A stretch of DNA of 64,000 nucleotides from Chiloscyllium plagiosum (lineage: Eukaryota). The DNA is taken from assembly GCF_004010195.1 (NCBI RefSeq), contig NC_057728.1, positions 53,278,174 through 53,342,173 of the forward strand. Reading direction: 5' to 3'. How positions within the stretch are numbered: position 1 is the stretch's first letter; each line of letters opens with the position of its first letter. Positions 1 to 11,790 of this stretch are shown piece by piece. The notes under the pieces are model-generated. The model did no database searches. It was not told where the DNA came from and saw nothing but the letters and a program-made list of their open reading frames with translations. The position numbers were made by a program, and so were the translations under genes.

Positions 1-179
1 TGCTCTGCGAACCAACAATCTGGCCAACTGAGCTAAACCGATTCCAACAAGCAATAAGGCTAGAGCATTCGCAGCAATCTTTAGCTAGGAATGTCAAGTG
101 GATCATCCATCTCAGCCTGCTTCAGTGTACCCAGCATTACAAAAACCAGTCTTCAGTCAATTCGCTTTACTCCACCATT

Positions 180-1010
180 CGAAACTCTTCTAATACTGAA
201 GCAGTCCATGTTCAAATGCAGCAAGGTCTGAACAATTGCGTAGGCTCTGGCTGACAAATGGCAAGTAACAACCACCCCACATAAATGCCCCACCATGGCC
301 ATCTCCAATAAAAGACAACCTAACCACTACCTCTTGACATTCAATGGTGTTCCCATCACTGAATCCCCCTCTCTCAACATCCTGGGGATACCACTGACCA
401 GGAACTCAACTGGACACACTATATAAACACAATGGCTACAAGAGCAGGTCAGAGGTTAGGAATATTGTGGCAACTAACACATCCCCTAACTGCCCAAAGA
501 CTGTTCATTATCTACAAGGCAAGTCAGGAGTGTGATGGAAGATTCCCCATGTGCCTGGATGGGTGAAGCTCCAACAACACTCAAGAAGCTTGACACCGTC
601 CAGGACAAATTTTGATTGCTACCACATCCACAAAATCCACGCCCCTCAACCACCGACGTTCAGTATCACCAGTTCAGTGCATTGCAGAAATTCATCACAG
701 ATCCCCAGACAACATCGTCCAAACCCACTTCCATCAAGAAGGGCAAAGGCAGCAGATAGATGGGAATACTACCACCTGCAATTTCCCCTCCAAGCCACTT
801 ACCATACTGACTTGGAAATATATCACTATTCCTTCACTGTTGCTAGGTCAGATTCCTGGAATTTCCTTCCTAAAGACATTGTGAGTCAACTGACAGAAAG
901 TGGACTGCAGCAGTTCAAGAAAGCAGCTCACCACCACCTTCTCAAGGGCAACTAGGGACAAATAAAAAATGCTGGTCAGCCAGTCACACCCACATCGCTC
1001 AAGTGAATAA
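180..1010 (+). mobile_element. Degenerate non-LTR LINE 3' fragment (CR1/L2-group RT C-terminal region)
   Basis: Frameshifted RT C-terminal coding remnants. The same family recurs at 30690-31910. Confidence 0.65.
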
Positions 1011-1114
1011 AACAAAATTATAACCCTTAGGTCTTGTTAACAAATTTAAAACTTTCAATCCAAGATTATTCAGATTGAATTTTCTGATTCAAGCATCCAA
1101 TATAAAAATTATGT

Positions 1115-1805
1115 GCTTTATTGGATGTAGGTTTGCTCACTGGGCTGGAAGGTTCATTCTCAGATGTTTCGTCACCATACTAGGTAACATCTTTAGTGAG
1201 CCTCCAGATGAAGCACTGCTGACGTTTCCTGCTTTCTATTTATATGTTTGGGTTTCCTTGGGTTGATGGCATCATTTCCTGTGGTGACGTCATTTCCCGT
1301 GGCGATGCCATTTCCGGTTCTTTTTCTCAGGGAGTGGTAGATGGGATCCAAGTCAATGTGTTTGTTGATAGAGTTCCGGTTGGAATGGCATGCTTCTCGG
1401 AATTCTCGTGTGTGTCTGTGTTTGGCTTGTCCTAGGATGAATGTGTTGTCCCAGTCGAAGTGGTGTCCTTCCTCATCTGTATGTAAGGATACTAGTGAGA
1501 GAGGGTCATGTCGTTTTGTGACTAATTGATGTGCAGGTATCCTGGTGGCTAGTTTTCTGCCTGTTTGTCCAATGTAGTGTTTGTTACAGTTCTTGCAAGG
1601 TGTTTTGTAAATGACATTAGTTTTGCTTGTTGTCTGTATAAGGTCTTTCAAGTTCATTAGCTGATGTTTTAATGTATTGGTTGGGTTTGTGGGCTACCAT
1701 GATGCCAAGGGGTCTGAGTAGTCTGGCAGTCATTTCCAAAATATTTTTGATGTAGGGGAGAGTGGCTAGGGTTTCTGGACGTGCTTTGTTTGCTTGTTTG
1801 GGTTG
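1115..1805 (-). mobile_element. Penelope-like element 3' part: GIY-YIG endonuclease remnant plus terminal hammerhead motif
   Basis: ORF 1193-1657(-) NVIYKTPCKNCNKHYIGQTGRKL...H is a PLE-type GIY-YIG domain. Hammerhead-like core at 1157-1200(-). Confidence 0.85.
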
Positions 1806-1914
1806 ACTTTAACATAGACATAGTGAGAGGAGTGAATCAGAGAGAAGCAAAGTCACTTCAGGTAGTTGACTCAATCGTTACTTCTCTCTCCAGTCGCAGG
1901 TAGATAGGATAGAT

Positions 1915-2528
1915 CATTAGACCATAAGGCATAGGAGCGGAAGTAAGGCCATTCGGCCCATCGAGTCCACTCCGCCATTCAATCATGGCTGATGGGCATT
2001 TCAACTCCACTTACCCGCATTCTCCCCATTGCCCTTAATTCCTTGTGACATCAAGAATTTATCAATTTCTGCCTTGAAGACATTTAGCGTCCCAGCCTCC
2101 ACTGCACTCCACGGCAATGAATTCCACAGGCCCACCACTCTCTGGCTGAAGAAATGTCTCCACATTTCTGTTCTGAATTTANNNNNNNNNNNNNNNNNNN
2201 GCTCCAGTTCCAGTATGTCCTTCCTGAGGTGTGGGGACCAAAACTGGACACAGTACTCCAAATGGTGCCTAACCAGAGCTTTATAAAGTCTCAGTAGCAC
2301 AATAGTGCTTTTATATTCCAACCCTCTTGAGATAATTGACAACATTGCATTCGCTTTCTTAATCACGGACTCAACCTGCATGTTTACCTTTAGAGAATCC
2401 TCAACTAGCACTCCCAGATCCCTCTGTACTTTGGCTTTACGAATTTTCTCACCATTTAGAAAGTAGTCCATGCTTGTATTCTTTTTTCCAAAGTGCAAGA
2501 CCTCGCATTTGCTCACATTGAATTCCAT
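1915..2528 (-). mobile_element. CR1-type LINE 3' fragment containing an assembly gap (19 N, 2182-2200)
   Basis: MEFNVSKCEVLHFG...YKALVRHHLEYCVQFWSP...FFSQRVVGLWNSLP, followed by a CR1 3' tail. Confidence 0.9.
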
Positions 2529-3415
2529 CAGGATAGTGAAGAAGGTGTTTGGTATGCTTTCCTGTATTGGTCAGAGTATTGAGTACAGGAGTTGGGAGGT
2601 CATGTTGCGGCTGTACAGGACCTTGGTTAGGCCACTGTTGGAATATTGCATGCAATTTGGGTCTCCTTCCTCTCGGAAAGATGTTGTGAAATTTGAAAGG
2701 GTTCAGAAAAGATTTACAAGGATGTTGCCAGGGTTGGAGGATTTGAGCTATAGGGAGAGGCTGAACAGATTAGATTAGATTACATTACATTACAGTGTGG
2801 AAACAGGCCCTTTGGCCCAACAAGTCCACAGCCGAAGCGCAACCCACCCATACCCCTACATTTACCCCTTATTACCTAACACTACGGGCAATTTTGCATG
2901 GCCAATTCACCTGACCTGCACATCTTTGGACTGTGGGAGGAAACCGGAGCACCCGGAGGAAACCCACACAGACACGGGGAGAATGTGCAAACTCCACACA
3001 GTCAGTCACTGGGACTGTTTTCCCTGGAGCGTCAGAGGCTGAGGGGTGACCTTATAGAGGTTTACAAAATTATGAGGGGCATGAATAGGATAAATAGGCA
3101 AAGTCTTTTCCCTGGGGTCAGGGAGTCCAGAACTAAAGAGCATAGGTTTAGGATGAGAGGGGAAAGATATAAAAGATACCTAGGGGGATCTTTTTCGCAC
3201 AGAGTATGTGTATGGAATGAGCTTCCAGAGGAAGTGGTGGACGCTGTTACAATTGCAACATTTAAGAGGCATTTGGATGGGTATATGACTCGGAAGGGTT
3301 TGGAGGGATATAGACCGGGTGCTGGCAGGTGGGACTAGATTGTGTTGGAATATCTGGTTGACATGGATGGGTTGGACTGAAGGGTTTGTTTCCATGCTGT
3401 ACATCTCTATGACTC
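2529..3415 (+). mobile_element. CR1-type LINE 3' fragment interrupted by a truncated HE1/V-SINE (about 2768-3005, - strand)
   Basis: LYRTLVRPLLEYC...RLRGDLIEVYKIM...VWNELP; 3' tail ctctatgactc. Confidence 0.9.
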
Positions 3416-6259
3416 AATAATTATATGGTTACTGTTGTTGAGAGTAGCTACATATTCCAATTCATTTTTAAAACTGAATTCAAATTTCACCAACTGTCTT
3501 GGCAGTTCTTGAATCCATGACCCCAAAACATTAGTCCATATGTCTGGATTATTAGCTCAGTGACTTTACCACTCCACCAGCATCTTAAAATGCAGTGGGT
3601 AGTATCTCCCAGAAATTAAAGGATCTAATCATTTGCGATATTATTTATGATTGCCTATGCTGCCTGGACTCAATCAAAGACTTTCATTATGGTTTGATTT
3701 CAGAGAGGTCACCTTAGACAAATCCTGCCCAAAGTTTTGAAGATGTCACCAAGGTGGTAAGTCTGGAAGATCAGATGTCTTCACAGATCTCCAAAAAGCT
3801 TTTAATTAACCTCCTCATGGCATCATGGTGTGAGGAGAGAGTGGGCAAGTTGAATTTAGAAGCTAGCCCAAAGTAAACTGGCTGGCTTTCTATTAGGGTC
3901 CTGTCACCTATGAACATATCCAAAGTTTTACCGGGAAGCCAGTTCATCTAGAAACTTGCTCATTTGAGTTATCTTATCTGGAGACCTAATAAGATAGGGA
4001 AACACGCCTGGGGACTAGTTGTAAGGGTGGCCATCTCCTTACTATCATTAAATTCAATGCTGCTGTTCTTCAAGGAAAATGTGTGTTTGTCCTGTCTTCT
4101 TTGTCTTCATCTGGCCCGCTGGCCTTTTTCAGAGGTGATGAACCAAGACAACGTGGGGGAGGTGCTGAAACAAAAAGAAATGTGCGTTTCAAATGGAATA
4201 AAACCAGGTTAACATTATAGTGACATGGAAATATTTTATCGGACAAGTTGACTTAGAGTTGGGGGAATGGAAAGTTTATTGTCTTTGATGAAATAAAATG
4301 AAAGGATTCCATTGCTTTGAGCTGAAGATTAAATCTCTGGCCTCAGTTCCAGTCTATCTTAGTCAATCTTGCAGGAATTTTGCCTGAATGCTCATAGATC
4401 TGGCTTCAAGAAGAACGCAAGTATTCATTTGATAGACTTCCCATTTAATCCATGAGAATGTGGCAGAGTGTGGGTCTTCTGTGTCACTGGGACACAGTCC
4501 AGGTCTCCCTGAGAGTCTGGTGTTAATAACTGCTCTGTATATTGAGACTTTAATTGAGTTGGGAATTATTTTGTTAACCTAATATGAATGTAGTTACTAG
4601 GTATCAGCCCAGTTGGCTCAGCCAATTAATGCTGTTCTCACGAATTAGTATTCTGTTGCTCAAAGCTCTATTTCAGAGTCTTGAGCATTTAATCTAAGCT
4701 GACACTCAGGTGCAGTAACAAATTGTGTTATCTTTCAGATGAGACACCAAGGCTCTGTCAGTCTTCATGGGTGACACTACAGAATTCCAAAGCAACTAAC
4801 CCACAACTCCATGAATAGGAGTAGGACTGTAGATATTACTGTACAAGGAGAGTCAACGAGTTCAAACTCCTTATAGGAAAATTCCCACTTGATATTGAGA
4901 CAGAGTAACTCCAAAAAAAAGCATTAGGCAAAAGAAAGGATTATTTTTGGTGGGTAGGGTATACTTGTGTTAATTGAGAAGGATAAGATCAAGCAATGGG
5001 CTATAGTTCAGCGGTGGAGCATTTAACTGCAGCAAATGTGATCCTAGGTTTCTGTTCTGGAATTAGTAAAAGTCCAAGCAGCCTCTTTTTCTAGCCTAAT
5101 GACTCCATCACTCTGTGCCATCTCAAACTCTGCATAAGCCCATAAAAATTGTCCTGATGTAGACAACAAAAGGGAATGTGCATTTTAATTAGAATAAAAC
5201 CAGGCTAAAGTCACAGTAACATGGAAATATTTTGTGGGATAAGTTGTCTCAGAGATGGGAGGAAGTGGAACGTTTATGCTTTTGATGAAATAAATAAGAA
5301 GATTCCATTGCTCAGAGCTGAAGATTAACTCACAATCTGTGAAAACTCACTCCATGTAGTTTGTTTTCAGTTTTTACTATATGTTTTCCATAGGATCACA
5401 GGCTGGAAAACAAATTCTGACTGTTTTTTGCCAATTGAAGTTTTTCAAACAAATAGTTCCAATAAAGCTGGGCCAGATGTCTGGATATTTTCACACAGGA
5501 CCCTGAGAAACTATCTTTTCTTTAAATAAAAACAACTAATTAATATTTCAGCAGGTGTTTCTATGCAATTGTGTCAAACAACACGAGATTCATAGTGGCT
5601 TCTTCCTGGCAATGAAGGCATTTGTTGAACTTCAGTGTTGTCCATAATAAAACTCAGAGGTACCATTGATTTGTTTGAATATTTATGCAGTTTTCTTGTT
5701 AACCTACATTGTCGTGCATTGAAACGTCTCTCTTGTACAGCAGAGTAAAATTTTACCTATGACTTCCTGCCTAAATGTGATTTTCCCTAATGCCAACTCT
5801 TGCAGAGTTATGCCACAAGTGAATTGTTTTCAGTGGTATGTCTGAAATATGTTCGGGGAAGGTACTCGATTTGCTTGAATTAAACTGTTTGAGATGTTAA
5901 CTGGGAAAGCCAGTGATCTGTAAGAAACTGCTTATTCTGAATTGAACATGGGACAAGTATTTTGGAATCATTAGTGGTTGAAAATCTGCCATCATCATGG
6001 CTCCCCTCTGTACGTTATACAGTTCATTGACAATCCAATGTTTTCTTTGAGTTAGTAGTCTTTGAGTCAGTGGGCTGGGATTTCAAGTCCCATTCCAAAG
6101 ACTTGCGTGTGTAATCCAGATGAGTACAGTACTAAGAGTGAGTGCTGCTTTGCCTTTTCTCAGGAGATATTAATCTTCTCTTTTTCAATTAATTCGTAGG
6201 ATGAGGGCATCTCTGACTAGGCCAGCATTTTAGGACATTTAAGAATCAACCATATTGCA

Positions 6260-6630
6260 AGGTTTGTGAAGGTTTGTAGCTCAGGTTGAGGTTTAGGGTG
6301 TAGCTTTGCTCGCTGAGCTGTAGATTTGATATCCAGATGTTTCATTACCTGGCTTTCTCTGGCATGTCTTTGCTTAGCCTGTCCCAGGATAGATGTGTTG
6401 TCCCAGTCGAATTGGTGTTTTTTTCATCCGTGTGTAGGGCTACGAGGGAGAGAGGGTTGTGTCTTTTTGTGGCTAGCTGGTGTTCCTGATGGCTAACTTT
6501 CTTCCTGTTTGTCCTACGTAGTGTTTGTGACAGTCCTTGCATGGAATTTTGTAGATGACATTGGTTTTGTCCATGGGCTGTACTGGGTCTTTTAAGTTTG
6601 TTAGTTTTTGTTTGAGAGTGTTGGTGTCTG
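6260..6630 (-). mobile_element. Penelope-like GIY-YIG fragment
   Basis: HQLATKRHNPLSLVALHTDEK is homologous to the 1193-1657 ORF. Confidence 0.8.
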
Positions 6631-6849
6631 TTTTCGTTTCAGATATTCTAATCTATTCACTTAACTTGCTTAGGTCATCCTTGTAACTATTCTTAGAAGT
6701 CTTTTCTGAATGCTCTCTAAAGACTTTACAGTTTTCCAAAAGGTTATTTCCCAAAATGGAACACCAAACTCTCATTGAGCTGAACCAGTAAAAGTTCATT
6801 GTAACTTTTGAAGGAATTCTAAAGAGTTATACATATTGGACTTTTTTTT

Positions 6850-7182
6850 CCCTACAGTGTGGAAACAGGCCCTTCAGCCCAGAAAATCCACACCAACTTT
6901 CGGAAGAGTAACATACCCAGACCCATTCTCCTACATTTACCCCTGACTAATGCATCTAACCTACACACCCCTGAACACTATGGGACAATTTCCCATATGG
7001 CCAATTCACCTAACCTGCCAACCTTTGGATTGTGGGAGGAATACGAATCATCCAGAGAAAACCTGCACAGACACAGGGAGATTGTGCAAACACCACACAG
7101 ACAATCGCCCGAGGCTGGGATTGAACCTGAGTTCCTGGCACTGTGAGGCAGCAATGTTAACCACTGAGCCACCATGCCACCC
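6850..7182 (-). mobile_element. HE1/V-SINE-type tRNA-derived SINE
   Basis: tRNA-like head ggtggctcagtggttaac...ggttcaatccc, V-domain core and CR1-like 3' tail. Further copies are listed separately. Confidence 0.85.
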
Positions 7183-7189
7183 CACAGCA

Positions 7190-8210
7190 CCTTCTTTTTT
7201 CACAGACACTATGAGATCTGTTGAGTTTCTCCTGCACTTTCTGTTTGACTCAGATTTCCTTCCACCAAGAATGCTTTGCATCCCAACCAGAGTGGTCTCA
7301 GGGCTCTCCACGTCTTCCTCGGAAAATGGCCTGAACCATCTCCATCCACCACCACCCTCCTCCACCTGCCCAAGCTCACCTTCCCTCTGAACAACTTCTC
7401 TTTTAACTCCTCTTGCTTTCTTGAGGTCAGAGGGTTAGCCACAGGTACTCACATGGTACCCAGTTATGCCTATCGCTTTGCAGGATATGTGGAACATTTC
7501 TTATTCCAGTCCTACACAAGCCCCCAACCACAACTCTCTCTCATCATCAGGGTTGCTTCCCTGTCTCATCCAGAATTGGAAAACTTTATCGATTTTGCTT
7601 CCAATTTCCAACCCGCCCTCAACTTCACCTGGTCCATCTCTGACTCCTCCCTTCCCTTCCTTGACATCTCTGTTTCCATTTCTCGGGAGATGCCTACCAC
7701 CATTATCCACTTCAAACCCAACTCCCACAGTTACCTTGCGTATACATCCTCACACCCTGCTTCCTGTAAAGACTCTATTCCATTCTCCCAGCTCCTCTGT
7801 CTCCATCGCATCTGCTCTAATGATGCCAGCTTTGACAAGGGGCCCTCCGAAATGTCCACCTTCTTCCTCAGCTGAGGATTCCCCAGCACCAAGGTTGATG
7901 GGCCCTCAGTCATGTCCAACCCATGTCCTGCACTTTGGCCCTCATCCACTCTCTTCCTTCCCACAACAGGGATAGGGACACCCTTATCCTCAGTGACCAT
8001 CCCATCAGCATCCACATCCGAAGGATCATTAGCCGTCATATCTGCCATCTCCGATAGGATACTGCCATGAGACACATATTCCCATCTCTCCCCTCTCTTG
8101 TCAGCCTTCCGCAAGGACCATTCCCCCGGGAACATCCTGATCTACTCTTCCTTCACTTTCAATAAACCCCCCCATAGCCTCACAGCACCTTCTGTTGCAA
8201 CTGCAGAAGA
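7190..8210 (+). mobile_element. Penelope-like element RT fragment
   Basis: ORF 7276-7875: NNFSFNSSCFLEVRGLATGTHMVPSYA...LNFTWSISDSSLPFLDISVS...HFKPNSHSYLAYTSSHP, a PLE RT/thumb region. Confidence 0.85.
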
Positions 8211-8213
8211 CAT

Positions 8214-8697
8214 TTATTGGTCAGAGTATTGAGTACAGGTGTTGGGATGTCATGTTACAGCTGAACAAGACATTAAATGCTGTCTCTTAAATGCTGTAAT
8301 TGTACTAGCCTCCACCACTTCCTCTGGCAGCTCATTACATACATGTACCACCCTCTGCATGAAAAAGTTGCCCCTCAGGTCACTTTTATATCTTTCCCCT
8401 TTCACCCTAAACCTATGCCCTCTAGTTCTGGATTCACCCACCCCGGGGAAAAGACTTTGTCTATTTACCCTCTCCATGGCCCTCATGATTTTGTAAACCT
8501 CTATAAGGTCACCCCTCAGCCTCCAATGTTCCAGAGGAAACAGCCCCAGCCTGTTCAGCCTTTCCCTATAGCTCAAATCCTCCAACCCTGGCAACATCTT
8601 TGTCAATCTTTTCTGAAGTCTTTCAAGTTTCACATCATCCTTCCGATAGGAAGGAGACCAGATTTCCTTCAATATTCCAAAAGTGGCCTAACCAATT
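8214..8697. mobile_element. CR1 fragment with internal inversion (8214-8274 +, 8275-8696 -)
   Basis: Both pieces match the CR1 family seen at 2529-3415, in opposite orientations. Confidence 0.8.
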
Positions 8698-8851
8698 TAA
8701 ATTTTTTTCTTAGGATGATAGATAATCTGTAGGGGTCAGTGTGGGTCTTGATCATTATGGGGCAGTGTTGTGCAGTGGGAGCAGGATGGGAGAAGGCCTT
8801 CATATTTCAAATGCTTAGCCTATTCTTTCAAACACTGCTGTGAACACGTTG

Positions 8852-10740
8852 TGAGGCAGGAGGCTGGAAGAACACAATAAGCCAGGTAGCATCAGGAGGT
8901 GGAGAAGTCAACGTTTTGGGTATAACTCTTCTTCAGGACTGGGGGTGGAACTGCAAGGGAGCTGGAGATAAAGGGGGTGGCGAGGTCAGGGTAGTGAAGT
9001 GGGGGTAGTTGAAGAGAGGCAGAGGGTATAATCTGGTTGGTCAGTGGGAGGAATGAATCCATTTGATGACAGGGAAGAGTGAAAGGGAGGGGGAGGGGAT
9101 GGGATGGGAGTCGTGTAATGGGGAGGGAAGTTATTTGAAATTGGAAAACTCAACATTGAGTCATCCAGGTTGTAGGCTGCCCAGGGGGGAGATGAGGTGT
9201 TATTCCTTCAATTTGCGATGTGGTTTGTTTTGGCAAAGGAGGAGGCCAAGGATGGTCATGCAGGAAAGAGAGTGGTTGGAGAAATTGAAATAGGCAGTGA
9301 CTGGGAGGTCCAGTCAGCCCGTGTGGGCCCAGCTGAGATGCTTGGTGAGCTGTTCCCGAAGTTTACGTTCAGTCTCCCCAGTGTAGAGAAGACCACATCA
9401 GGAGCACCCGATGCAGTAAACTAGGTTGGAGGAGAGGCAGGTGAACCTCTGACTCACCTGGAAGGACTGTTTGGGGGCCTGGATCGATGTGAGGGGAGTG
9501 ATGTACCAGCAGGTTTTGCATCTTTTCCGGTTGCAGAGGAAGGTACCTGGGGGTTCAGGGGGATTGGTGGGGAGAGTGGCGCAAACAAAGGACTGTCAAA
9601 GGCCAGGGTCCTTGTGGAAGGCAGGGAGGGGTGGGGAGGGGAAGATGTTCTTGGTGTTGGGCTCTATTTGGAATTGGCAGAAGTGTTTGAGCATGACGCA
9701 TTGGATGAGGAGACTAGTGGGGTGGTAGGTGAGAACAAGGGGGACTCTATCTTTTTTGCATGGAGAAAGGGTAGGTTTAGAGCAGTTGAGTGGGGAATAG
9801 AGATGGTGTGGTGAAGAGCTGTCTGGATGACAGAGGGAGGAAAAGCTCGTTGCTCAAAATAGGTGGATATCCGGGATGCTCATGAGTGGAATGTCTCCCC
9901 GTTGAGCAGATGCAGCAGAGGCAGAGGAATTGGGAGACTGGGATGGCATTCTTGTAGGATGCTTGGTGGGAAGAGGTGTGGTCCAGGTAGTTATGGGAGT
10001 CTGTGGGTTTGTAGTAAATGTCTGTCTGGATACTGTCACCGGAGATGGAAATGGTGAGGTCAAGAAAGGGAAGGGAAGTGTCCAAGATGGACCAAGTGAA
10101 TTTGATGGCAGGGTGGACGTTGTAGACAAAGTTGATGAACTGCTCCAGTTCAGCCTTGGTGCAGGATGTTGCACCGATGCAGTCATCAATGTAACAATAT
10201 CAGAAAGGGAATGGTTAGGGAAATTGAAATGGGCAGTGACTGGGAGGTCCAATCAGCCCCTGCAGGCTCAGCTGTGATGCTCACCGAACCTTGGCATCCT
10301 CCATTGCCACAATGAACCACACCACATATTGGAGGAACAACACCTCATCTTCCGTGCAGGAGGACTCAACACTGAATTTTCCAATTTCAAATAGCTTCTC
10401 TGGCCACCCACCAACACCCTTCCCAGCCCCTCCCCTTCCCTTCCACTCTTCCCAGCCACCAACTGGATCAATTCCTCCCATTGACCAACCAGATCGTGCC
10501 CTCTGCCTGTCTTCACCCAACCCACTTCACCACCCTGCCCCCACCATCCCCTTATCTGCAGCTCCCCCCACACCCACCCCCAGTCCTGAAGAAGATTTAC
10601 ACCCAAAGTGTCGACTTCTCCACCTCCTGATGCTGCCTATGTTCTTCCAGCCTCCTACCTGTCTACTTTGATGCTGCCTATGTTCTTCCAGCCTCCTACC
10701 TGTCTACTTTGGGTTACAGCATCTGCTGTTTTTTTTGTCT
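8852..10740 (-). mobile_element. Penelope-like insertion with inverted terminal (pLTR) repeats and a 14-bp TSD
   Basis: RT C-terminal remnant (ORF 9777-10085) and GIY-YIG remnant SSNLVYCIGC..CGLLYTGET (about 9360-9470, -). 8855-9255 is inverted relative to 10286-10660. ctgtgaacacgttg occurs at both 8838-8851 and 10741-10754. Confidence 0.85.
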
Positions 10741-11189
10741 CTGTGAACACGTTGAGGGCACTTTGGGGCTTGCCCTTTGGGTATGCACTTTTGCAGACAC
10801 CGTCTGCATCTTGCAACCTGTGACAGATTGAACATGAACAATCACCATGTAATTAAAAAAGGTACTCAGCCCAATAAATACGAGACTTTGCCTACACCAG
10901 TCCAACATCGGCACCTCCACAACAATAAATGTGAGACTAGTTTTCTTGAGTTGACTTTAATGTAAAATTAATCTGCAAATGCCACAAATCTGTGAAAGTC
11001 ACTGCAGTGTAGGAGGGCTGAGGATGAGTTTAAGGGAGAGGTGTTATTTTACATGCAACCATATGGATTAAGAGCATCCAGTCCCTTCATCCTGCTCCAC
11101 TATTCAATAAGATCATGGCTGATCAAATTAACACCTTGCTTATCATGAATCTGGCATCAAAATATTCACAAACTCCACAATAATAAAGT

Positions 11190-11790
11190 CATAAAGAGCT
11201 ACAGCATGGAGACAGGCCCTTCGGCACAACCTGCCCATGCTGCCTAGTAAACTAGTCCCATTTCCCTGCGATTGGTCCATATCCCTCCATACATATCCCA
11301 TCCATGTACCTGTCCAAATGTTCCTTAAATGACAAAATTGTACTCGCTTCCACCATCACCTCTGGCAGCCCGTTCCAGACACTCACCACCACTCAGACGT
11401 GTCTCCTCTGGGCCATTTTGTATCTCAACCCTTCTCAACTGTGCCCTCTAGTTTTGGAAAAGCTGTTGGCTATCTAACTTGTCTATGCCTCTCATAATTT
11501 TATAAGCCACAATAAGGTCACCACTCAAAAAGGTCATCATTCAGTCTCCTATGCTCCAGCGATAAAAAGTTCCAGTCTATCTAACCTCTCCCGATAACTC
11601 AAATTTCCTGTCCAGATAGCATCCTAGTAAATCTTTTCTGCACTCTTTCTAGTTTAATAATGTCCTCAGTACTCCAAATGTGACCTTACCAACATCTGTT
11701 ACAACAAGACATCCCAACTCAATGATCTGACCGATAAAAGTAAGCATGCTGAAAGCCTTCTACACCACCCTGTCTACCTGTGACTCTACT
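11190..11790 (-). mobile_element. Degenerate CR1 LINE 3' fragment
   Basis: Similar to the CR1 3' region and tail found elsewhere in the window. Confidence 0.75.

Noticed and set aside
2182..2200. Apparent internal deletion in the CR1 copy
   Set aside because: It is an assembly gap (19 N); the true length is unknown.
10628..10711. 41-bp tandem duplication as a CRISPR-like array
   Set aside because: Two adjacent copies with no spacers, inside a pLTR in eukaryotic DNA.
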